Of a stretch of 34,479 bases of DNA, positions 1 to 10,191 are shown one piece after another; the first letter of the stretch is position 1; every line of letters starts with the position of its first letter. The stretch comes from Bdellovibrionota bacterium FG-2 (GTDB lineage Bacteria; Bdellovibrionota; UBA1018). The DNA is taken from NCBI GenBank assembly GCA_051382305.1, contig JBBCAV010000053.1, positions 1-34,479 on the forward strand, given 5' to 3'. A model generated the notes under the pieces. The model was given only the letters and a program-made list of their open reading frames with translations. It was not told where the DNA came from and made no database searches. The translations under genes were made by a program, and so were the position numbers.

Positions 1-149
1 GTCTAACGACGAGCGGGGAATTAACTGCACATTTACCGACATCAAAAATTTCGTTAGACTCACTTTAATGTCCATGATTGAGGAATATAGAAAACAATTG
101 CCGGGGCATCATGTCTCAAACTGCAAAGTCGTTTGTTGCGTAGGGATTC

Positions 150-1042
150 GTGCTCCGTAGCATTCTCTTCTTTTTTCTCGTGGGTAGTCTTGGGCGCTCT
201 TGGTCATGGGGCGCAGCGCTTCAGACGAAAAGGGAGAAATTTGAAATCCCCTCCGGTGCGACCCTTGAGGCCCAGATCCTGGTTTGGCCTTCGGGGGCCG
301 GGAAGGTAAGCCCGAAAAATAAGTCCCCCGCGATCCTAGTCTTTGGAGGGTTTCAAAATGCTGCAAAAGTTTTGGACCTTCTAACGCCCCATCTCGCAAA
401 GCTCGGAATCACTGACGTGGTCCTTGCAAGTTTCGATTACCCCTTCGATCCGCCCCGGAAATTTGAGTTTCCTGGAAGTCTCAAACTTGCCCCGCAGGCC
501 AAACAAATGATTCACCAAACCGTTGATGGCATTGATGCCTTGAGGGTTCATCTCATCAATAAATGGAACGTCGATCCTCATCGAATCACGCTCATTGGCG
601 CGAGTCTCGGCGCGCCCTTTACGGCACTAGCCGCGCAGCCTGGACTTTTCCCAGGACTCGTTTTTGTCCATGGATTTGGTGAGATCCAGAAAACCGCTCA
701 GTTTCAACTTGAGCAATCGTGGCGGCGCGGCTCGTGACTCCTGTAGCATGGCTCTTAAGCGAAGTGGGCGAATGGTATTTCGATGTTCCTCGCCCCGAAG
801 AAGCCGTCAGGCAATTGACGGATGAAACTAAGGTATTCATGATTAGCGCCGAAAATGATCGCTTCATCCCTCAAAGCGCGTCTGAGGCGCTTTGGGATTC
901 TGTCCTGCAATCGAAAACGCGTGTTCGTGAGCGGTGGGTGATGTCCGGAGATCACGTGCAGCCAGGGCCAGGGGGCGAGGCGCAGATTGGCGTGATACTC
1001 TTTAAAGTCTGTGCTTGGCTTAAAGCGCAAGGACTGCTTTAA
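150..1042 (+). pseudogene. Alpha/beta hydrolase, probably exported, split by a frameshift near 715-735 (ORFs 150..737 and 719..1042)
   Basis: The first ORF has a hydrophobic N-terminus and the nucleophile elbow GASLG. The overlapping ORF in another frame supplies candidate catalytic Asp (ENDRFIP) and His (GDHVQP). Together they make one hydrolase of about 297 aa. A sequencing indel cannot be excluded. Confidence 0.7.
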
Positions 1043-1078
1043 TTAAAGAAGGTTTGAAAGCCCAAGGAGGGGATTTCT

Positions 1079-2458
1079 ATGGGGACTGTGATCAAGACGC
1101 CGCAAAATACGCCCATGAACACGGACGCGGCTATTCCCAATTTGCCGCATATGCCTAACTTGCCAAATCTTCCGAATAACACGAACCTCGCGCAGGCGCC
1201 CGTGCGTACTCCCGAACGCGTGCCTGAGCGCGTGCCTGAGAGGATCAATAACGCCGCGGCTACCCCTGCCCATATTTTTGATGCGATTGAATCGATCTAT
1301 GTTGCCAATCAGCAGTTGGAAATGGCGTTGAGAAAAGAACAAACGCGCGCGCGCGGCTTGGAAAATGAACTCAATCAGGAGCGCACCCAAAACCACGCAC
1401 TGATGACCGAAGCGAACCAGAAAATCAGGGATTTTGCGGCGTGGATGGAAAAGCTTAAGTCTGAAGTTGTGCTTCGTCAAACTCGCGAAGAGAAGCTTCA
1501 AGAACATGTGAAATCTCTCTCCGGCACGGCTTCTGAAATGCAAAGCGAACTGACGAACACCCGAAACGTTTTGTTTCGCGAGCGTAAGAAAAACGAAACT
1601 GAAGTAGAGACGCTGAAGGCTGGGATGGAGCAGGAACAGCGACGGGTCAGAGAACTCGAAGAAGAGCTGCGCCGGTTGCACATGACACATGAGGGCCTTC
1701 AAAACGAACTCAAGCGCGATATTCATGGGCTTCAGATGCGAGAGCAAAAACTTAAAGCCGAACTCGAGCAGCAGACGACAAGGCGAGAAAAAAACCATGA
1801 AAGATTGGAGCAGGTGAGTTCGGAGCTTTCCGCGGTTAAATCGGAGGCGGATAAAATGCGCCAGCGGTTAGAGGCGGCGGCAGGCGATTTGACGCGTTAT
1901 AAAGCTGCGTGGAATGAAATGTTGCAGCACGAGCGTAAACTCAAGCAGGTTATTACCGATGATCGCGCAAAAATGGGTAAGATTGGCGAAGATTTGATAC
2001 GCACGCAAGAGGACAATACTCGTTCGAAACTCGAAGCTCAAAAAGCGCGCGCGGAAACCCGCGAAATTCAAGACGCGATGCAGGCACGTGTCGCTGAGGC
2101 GGAGCGTCGTTGCGGGGATCTCTACGATCGTCTATCGACTCTTCAAACCAGTAGTGAAGAGATTCGCTCTAACTCCGTGAAAATCAAAAATAAAAATGAG
2201 ATGATGGAGAATGCGGCGGACCACACGATGAAAAATCTCGAAGCACCGCGTCCAGCGCCGAAGCTTCCTCCTGCCTCCGAACTCAGACGTGCGCGGATTG
2301 CGCTAGAGAAGGTTCCGTTTGATCAATTGGAGCAACAAAAAGGCTCGGAAATGATCGAGCACATTAACTTTGCGTTTGACGAAGAAGGCGCCCTGAGGCG
2401 CGTGACTCCTGCCCAAAACGATGCGGGAAAAGAGATCCCGGAATTCCCTCAGTTCTGA
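1079..2458 (+). CDS. Long coiled-coil hypothetical protein with Pro-rich N-terminal repeats
   Basis: 459-aa ORF with a strong RBS (AAGGAGGG). It is E/K/R/Q/L-rich and heptad-like over roughly aa 65-385, with no recognisable catalytic motif. Confidence 0.8.
   Translation: MGTVIKTPQNTPMNTDAAIPNLPHMPNLPNLPNNTNLAQAPVRTPERVPERVPERINNAAATPAHIFDAIESIYVANQQLEMALRKEQTRARGLENELNQERTQNHALMTEANQKIRDFAAWMEKLKSEVVLRQTREEKLQEHVKSLSGTASEMQSELTNTRNVLFRERKKNETEVETLKAGMEQEQRRVRELEEELRRLHMTHEGLQNELKRDIHGLQMREQKLKAELEQQTTRREKNHERLEQVSSELSAVKSEADKMRQRLEAAAGDLTRYKAAWNEMLQHERKLKQVITDDRAKMGKIGEDLIRTQEDNTRSKLEAQKARAETREIQDAMQARVAEAERRCGDLYDRLSTLQTSSEEIRSNSVKIKNKNEMMENAADHTMKNLEAPRPAPKLPPASELRRARIALEKVPFDQLEQQKGSEMIEHINFAFDEEGALRRVTPAQNDAGKEIPEFPQF
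1136..1246 (+). repeat. Intragenic degenerate tandem repeats: 9-nt x5 (PNL/PHM/PNL/PNL/PNN) and 12-nt x3 (PERV/PERV/PERI)
   Basis: cccaatttg ccgcatatg cctaacttg ccaaatctt ccgaataac at 1136-1180; cccgaacgcgtg cctgagcgcgtg cctgagaggatc at 1211-1246. Confidence 0.8.
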
Positions 2459-2491
2459 TTGTTGGTGTTCTTGTTATTCCCCTGTTAGTCC

Positions 2492-2519
2492 TTGTGATTC
2501 AGAGTGAATTGAGTAGAAT
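2492..2519 (+). promoter_or_regulatory. Putative sigma70 promoter of the tpl operon
   Basis: TTGTGA(2492-2497)-16 nt-TAGAAT(2514-2519), upstream of an AAGGGG RBS and the ATG at 2552. Confidence 0.35.
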
Positions 2520-2536
2520 CCCCTCAAACCGAATAA

Positions 2537-3952
<1,416 letters not shown>

Positions 3953-3976
3953 TTAATTGTTAGAAGGAGCTAGAAC

Positions 3977-5725
3977 ATGGACATAGCAGGAAGTCGGATT
4001 CTCATTCTCGGCGGCCCTGGATTAGTGGGGATGGCCGTCGTACGCAGGTTCTTATTTCACAAGCCTGAGTCGTTGGTCATCACAGCGTTGACGAAAGCCG
4101 AAGTCGATAGCGCGCTCAAAGAACTCGAGCCGGTTGCAGGAAAAACCAAGATTACTGGAAAATGGGGCAATGTTTTTGTGCGCTCCGAGTTTAAAGATTT
4201 ATCGCGCGCCGAGATTCTGGGAAACCCCGCACGACTCAGTCGTTTCGTCTTGGATACGCTGGAGCCGCTAAACGACGAGATTTTGAATGCTTCGACGCTT
4301 TATGACTTTGTGAAAGAGTATAAGCCTCATACGATTATTGATTGTATCAACACGGCTACGGCGCTTGCCTATCAAGACGTGTTTGAAACCTCACGGCAGA
4401 CCTATGCGATGCTCAAAGACTCGACCGTGAGTTCAAGCCCTGAGTTCAAGACAAGGGTTGAAACGTTGTTGGGCACGCAGTATACGCCGCAGTTGATTCG
4501 GCATATTCAGATTCTTTGGGAGTCGCTCACGGATGTTGGCGTGCAAACTTATCTTAAAGTGGGAACCACAGGAACCGGCGGAATGGGGCTCAATATTCCC
4601 TATACGCATTCTGAGGATAAACCCTCACGCGTATTGTTGGCAAAATCCGCAATCGCGGGCGCGCAGACGATGCTGCTTTTCTTATTAGGCCGTACCGCGC
4701 GTGAGCATGGTTCAACCTCGCAATGGTCCCCAGATCGCAACATCAAGGCGGGTTCTCCGATTATTAAAGAGGTCAAACCTGCGGCCGCCATTGGTTGGAA
4801 AGAAATCAGCTTTGGCAGAATCAGACGCAAAGGCAAGCCCGTCGAGCTTTTCGATCAAGATCCGAGCTGCGCTTTAGGGGTTGAGGAGATTTTGGCTCCT
4901 CGCACTCAAACATGGAAACGCGTGGAGAATGATTATCTGCAAGCCCCTTTCATCGATACGGGCGAAAACGGTATTTTCTCGCGGGGCGAATTTGAAGCCA
5001 TTACGGATGAAGGGCAGATGGAATTTATTACGCCTGAAGAAATCGCAGAAACCGTGGAAGCCGAAATCATGGGCGGCAATAGCGGCTCTGATTGCGTGAG
5101 TGCGTTGGACTCTGTGGTTTTAGGCCCGACTTATCGGGCCGGTTTCCTAAGAGCGCGCGCGGTGGAGAAGTTGCGCCAATTGGAAGACACCAATGGCGTG
5201 CCCAGTGTGGCTTTTGAAAACTTGGGCCCTCCAAGGCTTTCGAAATTGTTGTTTGAGCTGCATCTTATTACTCAGGAAATGGGCTTGCTGGAGGCCCCTA
5301 AATTTGACGCCGCTGAACTTGGCAAACGCTGTGAGGAGCGAATCTTAAAGAACGCAAAATTGCGAGCGGCGATTCTCTCTGTCGGTATTGCCATTGTATT
5401 GAGAAACGGGCGCGTGTTGCGGGGACCAGAGCTTGTGATTCCGAGTCGGTGGGATATTCCGAAGGATGGCGTTGTTGGAGCAAAGCATCTAGACCAGTAT
5501 GCAGCTCAGGGCTGGCTTGATTTGCGAGAAGCGAATATGAAGTCTTGGCTTACTCGTTTGGCTGCACTTCGAGATGAAGCGATGCGAGCGGATAACGAAA
5601 ATACCGGCTCGGCTTATGTGCGAAACCGCACCCATTGGGAAACCGTGGCCAAACAGGGGTCGCTAGGGAGCGTCGTGAGTTGGGTCTTCTTGCGTGAAGA
5701 AGACGGGGAGCGAGTCAAACGCTAA
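3977..5725 (+). CDS. Uncharacterised NAD(P)-binding Rossmann-fold protein (SDR-like), 582 aa
   Basis: N-terminal ILILGGPGLVG dinucleotide-binding motif, IIDCIN strand and Gly-rich GTTGTGGMGLNIPYTHSE block. AAGGAG RBS. Its stop overlaps the iorA start (TAATG). Confidence 0.75.
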   Translation: MDIAGSRILILGGPGLVGMAVVRRFLFHKPESLVITALTKAEVDSALKELEPVAGKTKITGKWGNVFVRSEFKDLSRAEILGNPARLSRFVLDTLEPLNDEILNASTLYDFVKEYKPHTIIDCINTATALAYQDVFETSRQTYAMLKDSTVSSSPEFKTRVETLLGTQYTPQLIRHIQILWESLTDVGVQTYLKVGTTGTGGMGLNIPYTHSEDKPSRVLLAKSAIAGAQTMLLFLLGRTAREHGSTSQWSPDRNIKAGSPIIKEVKPAAAIGWKEISFGRIRRKGKPVELFDQDPSCALGVEEILAPRTQTWKRVENDYLQAPFIDTGENGIFSRGEFEAITDEGQMEFITPEEIAETVEAEIMGGNSGSDCVSALDSVVLGPTYRAGFLRARAVEKLRQLEDTNGVPSVAFENLGPPRLSKLLFELHLITQEMGLLEAPKFDAAELGKRCEERILKNAKLRAAILSVGIAIVLRNGRVLRGPELVIPSRWDIPKDGVVGAKHLDQYAAQGWLDLREANMKSWLTRLAALRDEAMRADNENTGSAYVRNRTHWETVAKQGSLGSVVSWVFLREEDGERVKR

Positions 5726-7404
5726 TGCCGGAAAATATGCAAGGCCGCCAGAGTCTGATTCTCCAGGGCAACGAAGCCATCGCGCTTGCTGCAGTTCATG
5801 CGGGTGTGAGTTCGGCCTACGCTTATCCAGGCACGCCCTCGACGGAGATCATGGAGTATCTGCTGAAGCTAAAGGCCAAGCAGTGGTTTCCTCATGCCGC
5901 GTGGTGCGCCAATGAGAAGACGGCCTACGAGCAAGGACTTGGGGTTTCTCTCGTGGGTAAACGAGCCCTGGTCGCAATGAAGCATGTGGGTCTTAATGTG
6001 GCGGCCGATCCGTTCATGAGTTCAACGCTCGTTTCGCTACAAGGGGGGCTGGTGCTTGTAGTCGCCGATGATCCGGGGATGCACAGCTCGCAAAACGAAC
6101 AAGATACCAGGATTTTCGCGGATTTTGCGCATATTCCGTGTCTTGAGCCCGCGACTCCTCAGCAAGCCTACGACATGACGTTTGAGGCTTTTGATTTGTC
6201 GGAGCGTTTCGGGGTGCCGATTCTTCTCAGATTGGTGACCAGACTTTCGCATTCAAGATCGGCCGTGAATGTGCGAGCAGGCGATCCGGGGCGCGAGATT
6301 CGTGAAAAAACGCCCAAAAAAGCGGCGAACGCCGCGAACTGGATTCTCATGCCCGCCAATGCAAAACGGCAATGGCATGCACTTTTGGAGAAGCAACGTG
6401 AGTTTCAAGAATTCTCAGAGCAGACCCCTTACAATACGCTTGAAAATACGGGTGAGGTTTCGGAGCTGGGCGTGATTACGACGGGGATTGCGCGCGAGTA
6501 TTTTCTAGAAGAAAAAGCAGAACTCGCCGCGCTTTCGGGGGCACCCGCGCATCTTCATGTTGGGGTTTATCCGTTTCCGGCTGAGAAGATTCGGAAGCTG
6601 GCGGCGCGCTCCAAGAGGATTGTGGTTTTAGAAGAAGGTTATCCCTTTGTGGAGCGGTATTTGCGAGGAATCCTTGAACCCGCTGGGGCGCAGTCTCTAA
6701 CGATTGAGGGAAAACTGTCAGGCCTTTTGCCTATCGAAGGAGAAATGACTCCCGAATTGGCGCGACAAGCTCTGGGATTGCCACCTCGCAAAGGTGCGAG
6801 TTTCGAATCTTTCGGCCTATCACTTAAGGGTCGGCCACCTCAGCTTTGCAAGGGTTGCCCTCATGGTGATATGTTCGCGGCCCTTAAGCCAGCACTTGCG
6901 GCGTTCCCGCAGAGTTTGGTGACCTCTGATATTGGTTGTTATACTTTGGGGGCCTTGGAGCCCTATTCGGCCATTGAAAGTTGCGTCTGTATGGGGGCAT
7001 CGATTGGAATGGCTAAGGGCGCTGCCGAAGCTGGGTTTTATCCGGTGGTGGCAGTGCTTGGAGATAGTACATTTTTACATTCCGGGATGACGGGGCTTTT
7101 GGACGCCGTGAGCGCGAACACGAATCTGACTCTTGTTATTTTGGATAACGAAGCGGTGGCCATGACAGGGGGGCAGAAGACGTTGATTCCCTCAAAGCGT
7201 TTAAAAGATGTCGTCTTAGGCTTAGGGGTTTCGCCTGATCATTTGAAGATCGTCGAGGCGCATCGGACAAAGATTAAGGACAATACCGAAATTTTGCGCA
7301 AAGAAATTGAGTATCCTGGAATCTCCGTCGTGATTGCGGTGCGGGAATGCGTGGAGACGGCGGTCAGGAGTAAAAAACAGGCAGTGCAAGGGAGCGCGTT
7401 GTGA
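5725..7404 (+). CDS. iorA: Indolepyruvate:ferredoxin oxidoreductase subunit alpha
   Basis: GNEAIA, YPGTPSTEI, NEK, MKHVGLNVAADP, DDPGMHSSQNEQD, LCKGCPH, DIGCY and the TPP motif GDSTFLHSG...LDN..AMTGGQ. Confidence 0.93.
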   Translation: MPENMQGRQSLILQGNEAIALAAVHAGVSSAYAYPGTPSTEIMEYLLKLKAKQWFPHAAWCANEKTAYEQGLGVSLVGKRALVAMKHVGLNVAADPFMSSTLVSLQGGLVLVVADDPGMHSSQNEQDTRIFADFAHIPCLEPATPQQAYDMTFEAFDLSERFGVPILLRLVTRLSHSRSAVNVRAGDPGREIREKTPKKAANAANWILMPANAKRQWHALLEKQREFQEFSEQTPYNTLENTGEVSELGVITTGIAREYFLEEKAELAALSGAPAHLHVGVYPFPAEKIRKLAARSKRIVVLEEGYPFVERYLRGILEPAGAQSLTIEGKLSGLLPIEGEMTPELARQALGLPPRKGASFESFGLSLKGRPPQLCKGCPHGDMFAALKPALAAFPQSLVTSDIGCYTLGALEPYSAIESCVCMGASIGMAKGAAEAGFYPVVAVLGDSTFLHSGMTGLLDAVSANTNLTLVILDNEAVAMTGGQKTLIPSKRLKDVVLGLGVSPDHLKIVEAHRTKIKDNTEILRKEIEYPGISVVIAVRECVETAVRSKKQAVQGSAL

Positions 7405-7967
7405 GGTTTGATCTTGTGCTGGCAAATGTGGGCGGACAAGGCGGGCTTTCGATTGCCGCCGTGGTCGCGGTTGCGGCCCGGATGCAGGGGTTGTTCGTAA
7501 AACAGTCTGAAGTGCATGGCATGTCTCAGCGCGGAGGCGCGGTGAGTGCGCATCTTCGTCTCTCAGACCAAGAGGTGGCAAGTCCCTCGATTCCGCTGGG
7601 GGCAGCTTCGATGATCGTGAGTTTAGAACCCATGGAGAGTGTTAGATACTTGCAATATTTGTCGTCTCAGGGGCGCGTGGTGAGTGCGATTGCGCCGGTG
7701 GTGAATATTCCGGATTATCCACGTATCGAAGAATTGCTTTCAAAGTTAAAACAGTTACCGGGAGCCGTCTTGGTGGATGCCGATCAGTTGGCACGAGTTG
7801 CGGGCTCGGCTCGGACCGCAAATATGGTGATGTTGGGCGCGGCCTCAAACTTTTTGCCGCTTAATTCGGAGTCTCTTGAAGCGGCGATCCGGGAAATTTT
7901 CTCCTCAAAAGGAGAGGCCGTTGTTGTACAAAACCTCAAAGCCTTTGCGCTGGGGCGTGGAGTGTAG
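7401..7967 (+). CDS. iorB: Indolepyruvate:ferredoxin oxidoreductase subunit beta
   Basis: VGGQG, SEVHGMSQRGGAV and NMVMLGA motifs. The GTG start overlaps the iorA stop (GTGA). Confidence 0.92.
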   Translation: MRFDLVLANVGGQGGLSIAAVVAVAARMQGLFVKQSEVHGMSQRGGAVSAHLRLSDQEVASPSIPLGAASMIVSLEPMESVRYLQYLSSQGRVVSAIAPVVNIPDYPRIEELLSKLKQLPGAVLVDADQLARVAGSARTANMVMLGAASNFLPLNSESLEAAIREIFSSKGEAVVVQNLKAFALGRGV

Positions 7968-7970
7968 GGT

Positions 7971-10172
7971 TTGGATCGCCAAAAAATTCAAAGCATTTTT
8001 CAAAACGCGCGTGAGCAGGGACGAGAGAGTTTACTCGAAGCTGAAGGGCTTGCTCTTCTTGAAACCCTTGGGATAAAAGTGCCGCATACTTTGTCGCTCG
8101 GTGTTTTAGCTAACGAAAGCCTTAAAGGCTTTGGCGAAAAGATTGTTCTTAAGGCCATTTGCCCGGGGCTGATGCACAAGACTGAAGCGGGCGCCGTGAA
8201 GATAGTTGCCAATTCTGCAGACGTTTTGAATGCGCAGATGCTCGAGATGCAAAATCGGCTCAAGACCTTGGGGGGTATCGCGCCCTGTGAAGGTTTTCTC
8301 ATCGAAGAGTTCGTTCCTCATGACGCAGCAATGGGAAGCGAGTGGATGTTTGGCGTGAGTTTTAGTCCCGAATTTGGACCCGTAGTGACGCTGTCTCCAG
8401 GGGGGGTGCAAGCCGAATATCTGGCCAAAGTCTTGGATCCCGAAAGACGGTTACAAGCGTTCACGCCGAGTGGAGATGGCGCAAAGCTAGGTGCAAGCGG
8501 TTTAGCGGGTTTGGATCTTGTGACCAAACGTTTTCGCGGAAAAGACGCGTTGGTTTCGCTTAGCGAGTTTGTGCGGGTCACCCAGATTCTTCAGGAATTT
8601 GCGCAGAATTTCGTTCCTCATGATGTTTTAGAACTCGAAATCAATCCACTCGTCGTGTCCCAAGGCGCACTTGTGGCGGTCGATGTCGTGTGTCGATTGA
8701 GTGCGGGTTTGAATCCAGAGGTGGGACAGGCCGTGGCAGAGCTCCCTCAGAAACCGTTAGAGAAAATTCAAGCCTTGCTCCAGCCTTCTTCAATTGCCAT
8801 TGTCGGTGTTTCGGAGCGCATGAATCCGGGACGGGTGATTCTGCAGAATATTCTGCGAGCGGGTTTTCCTCGGGATAAAGTGCTGCTCATTAAAGAGGGG
8901 ATCCCTTCACTTGATGGATGTGCTTGCGTTTCGATGCTCAAGCAAAAAGTGGATCTTCTTATCTTGGCGGTTTCGGCAGCTCAAATTCCGGCGATCATTG
9001 AAAGCATTATTAAAGAGGATTGGGCTCACGCGATCATGGTGATTCCGGGTGGGTTTGAAGAAAAGCAAGGGGGCGAGCAGGGGAGTCAGCGCATTTGGCG
9101 CGCGCTTGGAGAGGTGCGCAAAACTCCGTCAAAAGGGCCCCTTATTAACGGAGGCAATTGCCTAGGAATTCGCTCGCTGCCGGGGCGCTACAACAGCATG
9201 TTTATTCCTGAAGAGAAACTGCCCACGTCCCAGGCATTAGAGAGTCCTGTTGCGTTGATCTCTCAGAGCGGGGCTTTTGTAATTTCTCGGATGAATCATC
9301 TCGCTCATCTTAATCCCAGGTACTCCATCTCAATTGGAAACCAAATGGATTTGACGGCCGGGGATTATCTTGAAGCGCTTGAGAATGATCCCGCGGTTCA
9401 GGTTTTTGGAGTTTATGTCGAAGGGTTTCGCCCGTCAGATGGCCTCAAATTTGTGACGATCGCTAGACGGCTCGTTGCGCAGGGGCGGAGCGTGATTCTG
9501 TATCGATCGGGGCGTACCTCGGCCGGTGCGCTTGCGTGTGCCTCTCACACGGCGTCCGTTGCAGGGGATTACCCCTTGATGGCCGCACTTTGTCGTGAGG
9601 CGGGAGTTCTTTTGGCCGAGAGTTTTGAGGATTTTGAAGATTTGGTGAGGGTCAAAACCCTTTTGAAGGGTCGGAAGACTCAGGGTGTGCGTTTGGGTGC
9701 AATCTCCAATGCTGGATTTGAGTGTGTGGCGTTTGCCGATCATTTTAAGAAGAATTCAGAAATGATCAGTCTCGCAATCTTTTCTGAGCAAACAAATCAA
9801 ACGCTTGAAGGGGTTCTTGTGAAGGCGGGAGTGTCAAACATTGTCGACATTCATAACCCCTTGGATATCACTCCGATGTGCGGAGATGAAGCGTTTGTAG
9901 CGGCGGCGCGCGCGGTGATTTTGGATGAAGGTGTTGATGCGGTCGTGGTGGGGTGTGTGCCGCTGACCCCCGCTCTTTCGACGAACGGAGATTCGGGATT
10001 TACCCGCGAATTGATTAAGCTTTGGAATTCGACTACAAAACCTTGGGTTTTGGTTGTTGAGGGCGGCGCAACTTATGAGGGTTTTGTGAGTGCATTGGCG
10101 GAGGCGGGGATTCCCGTTTTTCGTAATGCGGATCGTGCGGCGAGGATTTTGAGACTGCTACTGGGAAATTGA
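7971..10172 (+). CDS. ADP-forming acyl-CoA synthetase (acetate--CoA ligase family), beta-alpha fusion
   Basis: N-terminal ATP-grasp (VLK, HKTEAGAV, FGPVV, ELEINPL), then the CoA-binding domain (PSSIAIVGVS, GGNCLG), SQSGA, SIGNQMD, phospho-His ASHTAS and HNPLD. Confidence 0.88.
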   Translation: MDRQKIQSIFQNAREQGRESLLEAEGLALLETLGIKVPHTLSLGVLANESLKGFGEKIVLKAICPGLMHKTEAGAVKIVANSADVLNAQMLEMQNRLKTLGGIAPCEGFLIEEFVPHDAAMGSEWMFGVSFSPEFGPVVTLSPGGVQAEYLAKVLDPERRLQAFTPSGDGAKLGASGLAGLDLVTKRFRGKDALVSLSEFVRVTQILQEFAQNFVPHDVLELEINPLVVSQGALVAVDVVCRLSAGLNPEVGQAVAELPQKPLEKIQALLQPSSIAIVGVSERMNPGRVILQNILRAGFPRDKVLLIKEGIPSLDGCACVSMLKQKVDLLILAVSAAQIPAIIESIIKEDWAHAIMVIPGGFEEKQGGEQGSQRIWRALGEVRKTPSKGPLINGGNCLGIRSLPGRYNSMFIPEEKLPTSQALESPVALISQSGAFVISRMNHLAHLNPRYSISIGNQMDLTAGDYLEALENDPAVQVFGVYVEGFRPSDGLKFVTIARRLVAQGRSVILYRSGRTSAGALACASHTASVAGDYPLMAALCREAGVLLAESFEDFEDLVRVKTLLKGRKTQGVRLGAISNAGFECVAFADHFKKNSEMISLAIFSEQTNQTLEGVLVKAGVSNIVDIHNPLDITPMCGDEAFVAAARAVILDEGVDAVVVGCVPLTPALSTNGDSGFTRELIKLWNSTTKPWVLVVEGGATYEGFVSALAEAGIPVFRNADRAARILRLLLGN

Positions 10173-10191
10173 ATGAACGAGGAGAGAGACG

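Noticed and set aside
1-59. 9-bp inverted repeat gtctaacga (1-9) / tcgttagac (51-59)
   Set aside because: Short and at the window edge; it could be chance or a fold-back artefact and cannot be interpreted.
1136-1246. Short repeats as a CRISPR array
   Set aside because: They are degenerate in-frame coding repeats with no spacers and no cas genes.
1043-1798. 251-aa minus-strand ORF
   Set aside because: Antisense shadow of the coiled-coil gene; its F/L-rich composition mirrors E/K codons on the other strand.
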